IMG/VR virus record: IMGVR_UViG_2706794664_000004 | DNA length: 27,702 bases | Reading direction: 5' to 3' (one strand) | DNA from: a virus | Lineage: Duplodnaviria > Heunggongvirae > Uroviricota > Caudoviricetes | In this document: positions 18,912 through 27,616 of the stretch, piece by piece | How the letters are laid out: each line of letters begins with the position of its first letter | Position numbering within the stretch: the stretch's first letter is position 1 | Program-made: the position numbers and the translations under genes | The notes under the pieces: generated by a model | Told to the model about the DNA's origin: nothing | Seen by the model: only the letters and a program-made list of their open reading frames with translations | Databases searched by the model: none

Positions 18912-19940
18912 TTAAATACTCGCCACATTATACCAAGTGCCATTTATATACTTTTGCACTGGCCTGTAATGAACGCCTGCAATATTATCGGCAGAGTTTT
19001 TTCCGGTATCCTGTACGTTAATCCCCGTCAGTACATAGCCTGACGGGCACTGAAAATTCCATGTTTGCCAGTTGTTCACTCCATAATATTGCTGTGAACC
19101 AAGTCGAACATCTTTCACATATCTGGAATCAAAATTGCCATAGTTGCCGGGAATAACTTGCGAGCCGCAAAGCCAGTTCCCGTTATTATCCATGTACGCC
19201 TGACCATCGGTGCCATTGGCTGTCCTTGAGTTATTAATCATGTAGATGCCAAATTGCTTATTTCCCAGACCGCCAATCATAAATTTGCGGTCGGCATGGT
19301 CCTGACGGAGCAAAGCCTGAGCACCATCAGTGGATACCGCATTACGTCCCAAAATAACATTCTGGTCACGCATATGAATCCACATGCCGGTACTACTGTT
19401 AATTGCAAAACGGTTTGCAAATATATCCCCTGTAACATCAAGACCATGCCCCATGCTTATCCGGCCAGTTCTGAGATTAAGCGTAAAGGGGCGTAGTGGC
19501 CCTATATTACCATTTTCCCCTTCATTCTCTCGTGTAGGGATGATATGCAGGCATTCTTCAGAACGACGAAAAATGGCACCAAAAGATGAATTAAATATCC
19601 TCAGTGCATTGACTGTCGATATTTTCACTTCACTGCTGAAAAGGGCTTCAACAAGAACAGACAAAGCATTCCATTTAAGATTCATCAGGTCTTTAGGCCG
19701 GGTGCCAATGATGCGGTGTCTCCATTTGAAATATTCATTGCCGTTGTTGCCTGTTTCAAACCACATGTAGGAATCGGTGTCTGCATCCGAATTATTTTTA
19801 AACCCAATCTTTGCCCAGTCAGTATTTCGAATCCAGGCAAGGATTGAGTCGTTTTCAAAAGTAAGTCCACCGGACAACGTATCGCCATTTTTTTGCACGG
19901 CGTTACCAGCCTTGTTTACCGTTTCCTGTAAACCGAGGTT
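18912..19940 (-). CDS. silent alternative tail-fibre C-terminal cassette v4 (no own start; reaches into crossover site C)
   Basis: Minus frame reads [31 protein letters not shown]...[18 protein letters not shown]; an in-frame TAA (+ 19941-19943) lies just upstream, so it is only translated after fusion to stf. ORF track starts at internal Met (19898). Confidence 0.75.
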   Translation of the reverse strand, partial: NLGLQETVNKAGNAVQKNGDTLSGGLTFENDSILAWIRNTDWAKIGFKNNSDADTDSYMWFETGNNGNEYFKWRHRIIGTRPKDLMNLKWNALSVLVEALFSSEVKISTVNALRIFNSSFGAIFRRSEECLHIIPTRENEGENGNIGPLRPFTLNLRTGRISMGHGLDVTGDIFANRFAINSSTGMWIHMRDQNVILGRNAVSTDGAQALLRQDHADRKFMIGGLGNKQFGIYMINNSRTANGTDGQAYMDNNGNWLCGSQVIPGNYGNFDSRYVKDVRLGSQQYYGVNNWQTWNFQCPSGYVLTGINVQDTGKNSADNIAGVHYRPVQKYINGTWYNVASI

Positions 19941-19948
19941 TTAGATAA
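19923..19948 (-). other. invertase crossover site C (gix-like, next to the invertase gene)
   Basis: + strand TTCCTGTAAACC-GA-GGTTTTAGATAA, one mismatch from Mu gixL as I recall it; same orientation as site B, inverted relative to site A. Confidence 0.75.
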
Positions 19949-20002
19949 TGGCCGTTTCCGGCCTGCATGGCATGATTTGCGCTTTTGGACGGGAGATTCA
20001 GC

Positions 20003-20590
20003 GTGCTGATTGGCTATGTAAGGGTATCAACAAATGACCAGAATACAGACCTGCAACGAAACGCTCTTGTTTGTGCAGGATGTGAACAAATATTTGAAGA
20101 TAAATTAAGCGGGACAAAGACAGACCGACCGGGATTAAAACGCGCTTTAAAGCGCCTTCAAAAAGGTGACACGCTGGTTGTCTGGAAACTGGATCGCCTC
20201 GGGCGAAGCATGAAACATCTGATTTCTCTCGTCGGGGAACTACGGGAGCGAGGAATTAATTTTCGCAGTCTGACCGACAGCATAGATACATCTTCTCCAA
20301 TGGGGCGTTTTTTCTTCCACGTGATGGGTGCCCTGGCTGAAATGGAACGTGAATTAATTGTTGAACGTACACTGGCCGGACTGGCGGCAGCACGCGCACG
20401 GGGGCGCACAGGCGGACGTCGACCGAAGCTGACAAAAGAACAGCATGAGCAAATAGCAAGGCTGATCAAAAACGGGCACGACAGAAAACAACTGGCAATA
20501 ATTTACGGCATTGGTATATCGACGATTTATCGTTACCACCCCGCAGGAGAATCAATCGGAACAATAGAGAAGAGTCAGGAAACAAAATAA
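20003..20590 (+). CDS. pin: site-specific DNA invertase, serine recombinase of the Pin/Gin/Hin/Cin family
   Basis: GTG 20003 with SD GGGAGA 6 nt upstream; VLIGYVRVSTNDQNTDLQRNALVCAGCEQIFEDKLSGTKTDRPGLKRALKRLQKGDTLVVWKLDRLGRSMKHLISLVGELRERGINFRSLTDSIDTSSPMGRFFFHVMGALAEMERELIVERT... is near-identical to E. coli Pin from memory; catalytic Ser in YVRVST. ORF track extends 6 codons upstream to TTG 19985. Confidence 0.9.
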   Translation: MLIGYVRVSTNDQNTDLQRNALVCAGCEQIFEDKLSGTKTDRPGLKRALKRLQKGDTLVVWKLDRLGRSMKHLISLVGELRERGINFRSLTDSIDTSSPMGRFFFHVMGALAEMERELIVERTLAGLAAARARGRTGGRRPKLTKEQHEQIARLIKNGHDRKQLAIIYGIGISTIYRYHPAGESIGTIEKSQETK

Positions 20591-20620
20591 CCGCTAATCT
20601 GACCATTAGCGGTTTTTGTG
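20591..20620. terminator. bidirectional intrinsic terminator between pin (+) and P2-like U (-)
   Basis: CCGCTAAT-CTGACC-ATTAGCGG followed by TTTTTGTG; T-rich on the opposite flank as well. Confidence 0.6.
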
Positions 20621-20625
20621 TTAAA

Positions 20626-21120
20626 TCAGAACAACCCTTTAACTGAACTGGCCGCGCTGTTAAGGGATGATGTTACCTTATCTTTGAAGCCGGACAGCAT
20701 ATCGCTGAACGATGAGGATTGCAGGCGCTCCCGCAAATCCTCATCACAGCGTTCAAGAGTCAGTGAAAATTCTATCTTTTTCGCCTTACCGTAGCGATCA
20801 AACTCGGAGCGGGTCGTATTCGTTTCGGTCAGGACATACATGCCGTAAATCTGCCCGACGCCATCAATCAGAGGCCAGGGTCGTCCTGTATACGCCTGCG
20901 TGGTCAGCAGCGACAGCGACACTTCGCCACCTGTAATTTCAGGATAAAGCACACCAGAAAGAACGATGCGCTCATCACCTGCACCGATATACTGCCAGCT
21001 TGCCGAACGGTTAACGCGTTCATTTTTCACATGCCGCCAGCTTTTGTTTTGCTGTAACTGCTGATGCGGCAATGTACGCAGCTCAAAAACAAACATGCCG
21101 TAGATCATCATCATGGCCAT
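20626..21120 (-). CDS. U: P2 gpU-like tail protein
   Basis: 164-aa minus ORF MAMMMIYGMFVFELRTLPHQQLQQNKSWRHVKNERV...GVLYPEITGGEVSLSLL...KKIEFSLTLERCDED..., SD GAGGAG; position after tape measure as in P2. Confidence 0.8.
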   Translation of the reverse strand: MAMMMIYGMFVFELRTLPHQQLQQNKSWRHVKNERVNRSASWQYIGAGDERIVLSGVLYPEITGGEVSLSLLTTQAYTGRPWPLIDGVGQIYGMYVLTETNTTRSEFDRYGKAKKIEFSLTLERCDEDLRERLQSSSFSDMLSGFKDKVTSSLNSAASSVKGLF

Positions 21121-21126
21121 GACTCC

Positions 21127-23910
21127 TCAATCTTTATCGTAAAAACTGCCACGCCCGGCACGGGCGCGCCGTTCCATTTCTGCCCTGACCATTTCACCGA
21201 CCAGTTTCGCCAGTTCGCGGGGATTCTGCGTAACAACGTTATGCAGATGAACATGAATTTCACCACCAAATCCGGAGGCAACAGGCTCCCGGTTACGGGA
21301 AGTTACAGGAACTGATGCCACTGGAGAGCGTATGGCCTCCGCCACCGGGCGGGAGCTGGCCGCAACAACAGGGACCAGCGCCGGAGGCAGCGGAGCCGGG
21401 ACCACGGGTGTGATATTAATTGCGGGGGCAGGCTTACTGACCTGCGCAATCTTCCGCTCCTGCCACTCCCCACGAACAGCAAGTGCGCGGGGCAGGTTCT
21501 TAAAGACAATATCGCCGGGGCCAATGCGTTTTTTCGTCTCATCAACCAGCTTACCTGTGTTATCAGCAATTTTGCTGAGTCTGCGTAGCGTCCCGGTATT
21601 GCTGTCTGTGAGCGGTTTGTTGTCTTTGGGTTTATCACCTCCGGTGCCATTGCCATTTTCCACAGGCTTCGGCGGATTGATTTTCGCCAGGTCCCCCTGA
21701 AGCAAGGCAACCTTGTCCTGAAGAATGGCCGCACGCTGTGCGTCTTCGATTTTCTTGCGCGCCCTTTCCGCTTCATCCGGAAGGACGCCAAGTTTTTCAA
21801 GTATCCACGCCAGCGTATCCAGTAGCATTTTTGCAGGTGTCAGAACAAGTTGTAACGCACCGCCAAGAACGTTACCGAATATCTCGCCAGCACTGGCACA
21901 TTTATCCAGCGTTTCCTTGCTGGACTCCATCGGTGACAGCAGCGATTTAAACCAGTTAAAGACCTGAATAATCCCATCGCGCACGACATCAAAAACAGGG
22001 CCAAACCGTTCAAAGGTTTCGCGCAACGGGGTCAGCCTTTCCATAATCCCGCTGAACACCCCGGCAAAAAATGCCCTGATGGGATCCCAGTATTTCCAGA
22101 TAAGAACGGCAGCTCCGGCAAGCGCAGCCACGATAAGACTAACCGGACTGAACAGCGCCCCGATAGCGCCACCAAGTAAAGAAACGGAACCCGTCACCAT
22201 TCCCCATAATGCAGGCAGAACCCTGACAACATTCATTGATTCGGTCAGGAGAGAAAAACCGAGACGCAACGTAGCCAGCTTCCCGTGAAGCACCCCAATA
22301 ACCAGAGACAACGAACCAACCGTTGCTGTTGTCGCCAGCAGTGCGCCTCCCGCTATCAGTAACTGGCGCGTCAGTGCCGGGTGGGCCTGCGCCAGCGCCG
22401 TCACCTTTGAGACAACCCGCGTGAGCCACTGCGTGACAGAACGCAGCGGACCGTCAACCAGATCACTGATGCGAATACGCAGACCTTCCCATGCACTGCC
22501 GAGTGATTTCAGGTTGCCATCAAGGTTATTGGCCATAACCTTTGCCGTGCGTTCTGCCTCACCGCGCGCGCCTTCAAGTTCTTTTCTCAGTTTGGCTAAG
22601 AAGCCGTCACCTGCCGCATCAACGAGGCCCATAAATGATGTGAAAGCCTCTTCTCCGGCAATGTCCTTAAAGAACGATACCCGGTCAACCTCCCCGTATT
22701 TGCGGGTGGCTTTATAGAGATCGGCCAGCACATTCTCCATCGGGCGCATTTTGCCTTTGGCGTCAGCAACTGACACCCCCAGCTCTTTCAGTGCTTCTGC
22801 CGCTGCCTTTGGCGGTGATGACAGATTGGCCAGGCTTTTACGCAACGCTGTACCTGCATCACTCCCCCTGATACCCATCTTCGCCAGCACGCCCGCCATC
22901 GCTGCGGCCTGCTCCAGCGATATTCCCAGCTTACCCGCCACCGGACCTGCATATTTCATGGTTTCGCCCAGTGCGCGAAGGTCAGTGTTGGTACGGGTAA
23001 ACGCTGCGGTAAGTGTGTCACCGACCCGGTCCATCTGGTCAGCAGAGAGGCCGAACTGCGTCAGGATATTGGAACCAATATCCGCCGTCTCGCCGAGGTC
23101 CATACCGCCAGCCGTTGCCATGCTCAGCACGCCGGGAAGCGCAGCCTGAATGGCCTGCGGTGTGAAACCAGCCATTGCAAGAAATGCCTGTCCACTGGCG
23201 GCATCGCCTGCGGTGAACTGCGTTTCAGAGCCAAGTTTTAACGCCTGCTCACGCAGCGCCTTAAACTGCGGGCTGTTTTTATCGATTCGCGTCAGTGCCT
23301 GAACACGGGACATCTCTTTCCCGAACCCGATAGCGGGCTGCAAAAAACGCCCGGCAGCATAGCCGCCCGCTGCCGCCGCACCTGTTGCCAGCGCACCACC
23401 TGTTTTCAGTTNNNNNNNNNNNNNNNNNNNNNNNNNNNNNNNNNNNNNNNNNNNNNNNNNNNNNNNNNNNNNNNNNNNNNNNNNNNNNNNNNNNNNNNNN
23501 NNNNNNNNNNNNNNNNNNNNNNNNNNNNNNNNNNNNNNNNNNNNNNNNNNNNNNNNNNNNNNNNNNNNNNNNNNNNNNNNNNNNNNNNNNNNNNNNNNNN
23601 NNNNNNNNNNNNNNNNNNNNNNNNNNNNNNNNNNNNNNNNNNNNNNNNNNNNNNNNNNNNNNNNNNNNNNNNNNNNNNNNNNNNNNNNNNNNNNNNNNNN
23701 NNNNNNNNNNATCAGCTTTTGTTGTTTTTCGCTGAGCACTGTACCCGTGCGTTGTAACTGATTAAGGGCGTTAAGCTGGCGTCGTGCTTTCACGATGCCC
23801 GCATCCGCTTTACTGACAGCGTCACGGGCGCGCTCAAATGAACGCGCCTGACGCTCGAGATTTTTGATCGCCCCCTGCGTTCGCTGGATGGAGTCACCAA
23901 ACTGCCCCAT
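21127..23910 (-). CDS. T: tail tape measure protein (P2 gpT-like); part hidden in N-run
   Basis: 927-aa minus ORF, N-terminal coiled-coil-like MGQFGDSIQRTQGAIKNLERQARSFERARDAV..., Gly/Ala-rich hydrophobic segments (LKTGGALATGAAAAGGYAAG...), length and position typical of a myovirus tape measure. Confidence 0.85.
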   Translation of the reverse strand: MGQFGDSIQRTQGAIKNLERQARSFERARDAVSKADAGIVKARRQLNALNQLQRTGTVLSEKQQKLXXXXXXXXXXXXXXXXXXXXXXXXXXXXXXXXXXXXXXXXXXXXXXXXXXXXXXXXXXXXXXXXXXXXXXXXXXXXXXXXXXXXXXXXXXXXXXXXXXXXXLKTGGALATGAAAAGGYAAGRFLQPAIGFGKEMSRVQALTRIDKNSPQFKALREQALKLGSETQFTAGDAASGQAFLAMAGFTPQAIQAALPGVLSMATAGGMDLGETADIGSNILTQFGLSADQMDRVGDTLTAAFTRTNTDLRALGETMKYAGPVAGKLGISLEQAAAMAGVLAKMGIRGSDAGTALRKSLANLSSPPKAAAEALKELGVSVADAKGKMRPMENVLADLYKATRKYGEVDRVSFFKDIAGEEAFTSFMGLVDAAGDGFLAKLRKELEGARGEAERTAKVMANNLDGNLKSLGSAWEGLRIRISDLVDGPLRSVTQWLTRVVSKVTALAQAHPALTRQLLIAGGALLATTATVGSLSLVIGVLHGKLATLRLGFSLLTESMNVVRVLPALWGMVTGSVSLLGGAIGALFSPVSLIVAALAGAAVLIWKYWDPIRAFFAGVFSGIMERLTPLRETFERFGPVFDVVRDGIIQVFNWFKSLLSPMESSKETLDKCASAGEIFGNVLGGALQLVLTPAKMLLDTLAWILEKLGVLPDEAERARKKIEDAQRAAILQDKVALLQGDLAKINPPKPVENGNGTGGDKPKDNKPLTDSNTGTLRRLSKIADNTGKLVDETKKRIGPGDIVFKNLPRALAVRGEWQERKIAQVSKPAPAINITPVVPAPLPPALVPVVAASSRPVAEAIRSPVASVPVTSRNREPVASGFGGEIHVHLHNVVTQNPRELAKLVGEMVRAEMERRARAGRGSFYDKD

Positions 23911-23939
23911 CAGGCGGCGGGCGTTTTCGGCAGGCCGGG

Positions 23940-24449
23940 TCAGCCTGTCAACGGCGCTGAAAGCGACCCGGATATCAAGAGTCNNNNNNNNNNNNNNNNN
24001 NNNNNNNNNNNNNNNNNNNNNNNNNNNNNNNNNNNNNNNNNNNNNNNNNNNNNNNNNNNNNNNNNNNNNNNNNNNNNNNNNNNNNNNNNNNNNNNNNNNN
24101 NNNNNNNNNNNNNNNNNNNNNNNNNNNNNNNNNNNNNNNNNNNNNNNNNNNNNNNNNNNNNNNNNNNNNNNNNNNNNNNNNNNNNNNNNNNNNNNNNNNN
24201 NNNNNGTCGCGGTGATGTCACGCGTGACAGCAGCGTAAACATGGATTCCGCTTTCAAATTCAGCACATCAGACAGCGACAAATCTCGCAGAGATCCAGCC
24301 TGCTCAATAGCCCCGGTGATCTCCACATACGTGATTTTTTCGCCGCCTCGCTCAATTGGTTGGGTAAGTTTTACGCCACGCTCACTGGTTTCTTTCACAG
24401 TGTCAGCAACGACCGTGTTTTCGGTATCGATGTTTTTCGTCTCTTTCAT
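23940..24449 (-). CDS. E: tail assembly chaperone (P2 gpE/E+E'-like); 3' two-thirds inside N-run, end approximate
   Basis: Visible N-terminus MKETKNIDTENTVVADTVKETSERGVKLTQPIERGGEKITYVEITGAIEQAGSLRDLSLSDVL..., SD AAAGGAG; small gene between tube and tape measure as in P2. Confidence 0.6.
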   Translation of the reverse strand: MKETKNIDTENTVVADTVKETSERGVKLTQPIERGGEKITYVEITGAIEQAGSLRDLSLSDVLNLKAESMFTLLSRVTSPRXXXXXXXXXXXXXXXXXXXXXXXXXXXXXXXXXXXXXXXXXXXXXXXXXXXXXXXXXXXXXXXXXXXXXXXXXXXLLISGSLSAPLTG

Positions 24450-24503
24450 CAGGAAACTCCTTTCAGTCAGAGGCGACGCACTGCGCCGCCTGCATATTAC
24501 TTA

Positions 24504-25016
24504 TCAGCCAAGCCCGAGCGCGGAACGGATGCGATCGGGCACAATGTCCCTGCCGTCCTTCCGGTAAATGAAGTTCAGCAGGTCAATCTCCCACAACGGG
24601 CGATCGTTAACACTCAGCTTGTAGTAGGTGTTTTTAATGGCGTAAGTGTGTGATGTGGCTTCGCCCTGTTTGGCTTCCCCCATATCAATTTCCGTCACAC
24701 GTCCGCGCATTTCGACTTCATACAGGTCGCTTTCAGCGTCGGTGTAGTATTCACCCGCAAAACGCAGCAGCGTACCGTCAATCGTGCCGCCATACTTAAG
24801 GAACAGCTCACGAACTGCGCCCCCCATGACAAAGCTCGCATCAAGCGCGGAGTCATCCAGGCCGAGATCAATACTTACCGCTCCCATCATGCCACCACCC
24901 CGGTAGCTGTCGGTTTTGCGCGTCAGCTTAGGCAGAGTGACGGACGTCACCTTACCCACTTCGTTTTCACCATCCACAAACAGCGTAAAAAAGCGAAGAT
25001 GTTTTGGTACAGCCAT
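24504..25016 (-). CDS. FII: tail tube protein (P2 gpFII-like)
   Basis: 170-aa minus ORF MAVPKHLRFFTLFVDGENEVGKVTSVTLPKLTRKTDSYRGGGMMGAVSIDLGLDD...; start overlaps FI stop (ATGA). Confidence 0.85.
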   Translation of the reverse strand: MAVPKHLRFFTLFVDGENEVGKVTSVTLPKLTRKTDSYRGGGMMGAVSIDLGLDDSALDASFVMGGAVRELFLKYGGTIDGTLLRFAGEYYTDAESDLYEVEMRGRVTEIDMGEAKQGEATSHTYAIKNTYYKLSVNDRPLWEIDLLNFIYRKDGRDIVPDRIRSALGLG

Positions 25017-26200
25017 CAGGCACCTCCCAGCACCGCAAATGCGGGACCAAAGAATTCATCAGTAAACGACTGGTAAAGCTCCATGTCTTCCAGCGGGGGA
25101 ACAGGCGTATATTTGTAGCGAATACGCACGCGCCCCTGACGTAAATTCGTGGTGCCGTTATCCACCACGTCATACCAGCACGACGCCCCAATCAGTTTCC
25201 CGGCAGTAACCAGTGAATCCAGTTTTGCCCTGATGGCACCGATAACATCCTTCACGTTCGCAGGCGTCAGTGGACTGTCGATGGTTTCAAACTGCGCTTC
25301 CGCAATTGAATCAGCCAGCACCTGTGCGGTTCGGGTATACACCTCAAAGATGTAGGCGTTCGTTTCCGGTGTGCGGTTGCCCCAGAAGCGGAACCCGTTG
25401 CGACGAATAATGGTCGTGATTTCTTTGTTGTTGAGGCTGTTGGCATCACTGTCTTCGGCCTGCAACGACCAGAACACATGCCTGGACATCCCCAGCACAT
25501 TTTTAACCGGAACGTTGGACAGCGATTTGTGCCAGCCCTGCTCATGGTCAATGTACGCACGAAGGCCGCACGCATAGGCAGGCGCGGGGAACGTTTCGTT
25601 TTTGCCACTTTTCGGGTTGTAGGCGATGAAGTCCGGCCATAAGAGCATCACCTCACGTTCGTTGAATTTCTGGCGGTAGGTAATTGCCTCAGCCATCGTG
25701 TTACAGTCATGACATGAGGCATACACAAACGCGCGCAGTTTACCCGCAATCACGCACAGGGATTTTGTCACCGCCTCCGTGTCCAGCTCCGGCGCGGCCA
25801 GAATACGCGGACGGTATCCGATGCTTTCATCCTGCTCTGCAACAAGCAGCGCATACATCCCCGTATAGCTGCCGTCAGATTCAGAACCACCGATAACCAG
25901 TTGATCCTGCGTTTTTCCGTCTTCTTCTTTGTGTTCAGCCACGCGAACGACGATCACCTTTGTGCTCACCTGGTCTGCGATGGCCTTAAGCGCACGATAA
26001 AGCGTCCCCGTTGTTCCGCATTTTCCCAGCACGTCATTGACGCGGGGCAGCAGTGTGGGCTTGTTCAGCGGGAACAGCTCCGCGTCCGCATCATCCGCCG
26101 TTGCCACGATACCGATAACGCTGGAATCAACATCGTTAATCGCTGTTACCAGGTCGGTATTTTCCGTAACACGGGCACCATGAAAACGAGTTTCACTCAT
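25016..26200 (-). CDS. FI: contractile tail sheath protein (P2 gpFI-like)
   Basis: 394-aa minus ORF with motifs shared with P2 FI from memory (AELFPLNKP, KLRAF, WPDF, IDHEQGWHKSLSNV, IRRNGFRFWGNRT, YTRTAQV, YTPVPPLE); SD AAGGGG. Confidence 0.9.
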   Translation of the reverse strand: MSETRFHGARVTENTDLVTAINDVDSSVIGIVATADDADAELFPLNKPTLLPRVNDVLGKCGTTGTLYRALKAIADQVSTKVIVVRVAEHKEEDGKTQDQLVIGGSESDGSYTGMYALLVAEQDESIGYRPRILAAPELDTEAVTKSLCVIAGKLRAFVYASCHDCNTMAEAITYRQKFNEREVMLLWPDFIAYNPKSGKNETFPAPAYACGLRAYIDHEQGWHKSLSNVPVKNVLGMSRHVFWSLQAEDSDANSLNNKEITTIIRRNGFRFWGNRTPETNAYIFEVYTRTAQVLADSIAEAQFETIDSPLTPANVKDVIGAIRAKLDSLVTAGKLIGASCWYDVVDNGTTNLRQGRVRIRYKYTPVPPLEDMELYQSFTDEFFGPAFAVLGGA

Positions 26201-26357
26201 AGCTTCAACCCCTTGTATCCGTTAAATGATTCGGCAACAATCATCACCCACCACGCGCGTAATCTCACCCCTGCGCCATTCTCCCGCCACGGCGACAACA
26301 AAAAGCAGTAACCCCCTCCGCACGCACATGCGACCATGCCACACAGGGAGGGAGCAG

Positions 26358-27467
26358 ATGACCGACACCACCATGCAATTGCTCAGTCAGGGCACAGACC
26401 CCGTGAAAATGCCGGATTTTGATATTCTCGCGGAGGGTAAAACGCTGTCAGGCGTGGCAGAGCGCCTGATGAGCCTGTCACTGACCGACAACCGGGGATT
26501 TGAGGCGGACCAGCTCACCATCACGCTGGATGATGCGGATGGTCAGTTGCAGCTACCGCCACGGGGCGCGCGCCTGACGGTTCTCATTGGCTGGAAGGGA
26601 GAACCGCTGACAGAAAAAGGCACTTACATTGTTGATGAAATCGCTCACGAAGGACCGCCGGACAGGCTGACTGTTTCAGCCAGAAGCGCAGATTTTCGGG
26701 CTGAATTTAACGTTAAACGTGAGGTGTCCTGGCATGATGTGACCGTTGAGCGTGTGGTATCCGCCATCGCTCATCGGTATGGTCTGAAACCGCAAATCAG
26801 CGAAATGCTGATGGATATCGAAATCGACCACGCCGACCAGACCGAAGAAAGCGACATGTCCTTCCTTACGCGCATGGCGGAAATGCTGGGCGCAATCACC
26901 ACGGTAAAAAGCGGTAATCTGTTATTCATCATGCCCGGTGGTGGCGTGAACGCACAGGGCCAGCCGTTGCCCTCGTTCGCCATCACACGCAGCAGCGGCG
27001 ATCGCCATCAGTTCCGCATTGCTGACCGCGAAGCGTATACGGGGGTACGCGCTTACTGGCTTGATCTTAATTACGGGAAAAAGAAAAAAGTCAGCGTGAA
27101 ACGCCGCAAACCGTCAAAACCAAAAAAGGAGAAAAGCAGCAGCCGGGAAGGCGACTATATGGAAGGTGCGGAAGGCAACGTGTTTGTGTTACGCAAAACT
27201 TATCAGAACGAGCAGGCAGCAAGACGTGCAGCGGCGGCAAAGTGGCAGCAGCTACAACGCGGAGCCGCATCATTCTCCATCACACTGGCGCATGGACGTG
27301 CAGAACTCTACCCCGAAATGCATGGCACGGTAACAGGATTTAAAAGCGAGATTGATAATCAGGACTGGATTATTGCAAAAGCCGAGCACACCATTGATAA
27401 CAGCGGCTTTACCACGCAGCTTGAGCTTGAGGCAAAAATCCCGGAATGGATAGCAGAAACAGAGTGA
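26358..27467 (+). CDS. D: P2 gpD-like tail protein (Phage_GPD family)
   Basis: ATG 26358 preceded by SD GGAGGGAG; MTDTTMQLLSQGTDPVKMPDFDILAEGKTLSGVAERLMSLSLTDNRGFEADQLTITLDDADGQLQLPPRGARLTVLIGWKG...; ORF track starts 44 codons upstream without SD. Confidence 0.75.
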   Translation: MTDTTMQLLSQGTDPVKMPDFDILAEGKTLSGVAERLMSLSLTDNRGFEADQLTITLDDADGQLQLPPRGARLTVLIGWKGEPLTEKGTYIVDEIAHEGPPDRLTVSARSADFRAEFNVKREVSWHDVTVERVVSAIAHRYGLKPQISEMLMDIEIDHADQTEESDMSFLTRMAEMLGAITTVKSGNLLFIMPGGGVNAQGQPLPSFAITRSSGDRHQFRIADREAYTGVRAYWLDLNYGKKKKVSVKRRKPSKPKKEKSSSREGDYMEGAEGNVFVLRKTYQNEQAARRAAAAKWQQLQRGAASFSITLAHGRAELYPEMHGTVTGFKSEIDNQDWIIAKAEHTIDNSGFTTQLELEAKIPEWIAETE

Positions 27468-27616
27468 GCAACTTAAATGTATTAACTCAGAACGGATCAA
27501 CACACTCACAACATAGAGTCAATATAGCTGCTCGCTTTGTTCCAGCAAGGATGCCTATTTCTAAGGAAAAACAGAGCAGAAACATATGGTGTTTTCCTAC
27601 CTGACATCAGGGGTGG

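Noticed and set aside
11912-20000. Diversity-generating retroelement acting on the fibre C-termini
   Set aside because: No reverse transcriptase gene and no template/variable repeat pair with adenine-specific differences; variation here is by cassette inversion.
26201-26357. Ogr-type late promoter dyad (TGT-N12-ACA) in the FI/D divergent region
   Set aside because: Searched both strands by eye; no TGT-N12-ACA element found, so I do not annotate a P2-type late promoter.
20591-26357. Pin-mediated origin of the FI-U block inversion
   Set aside because: No gix-like sequence at either border (20591-20625, 26201-26357); the inversion is reported as an observation without assigning a mechanism.
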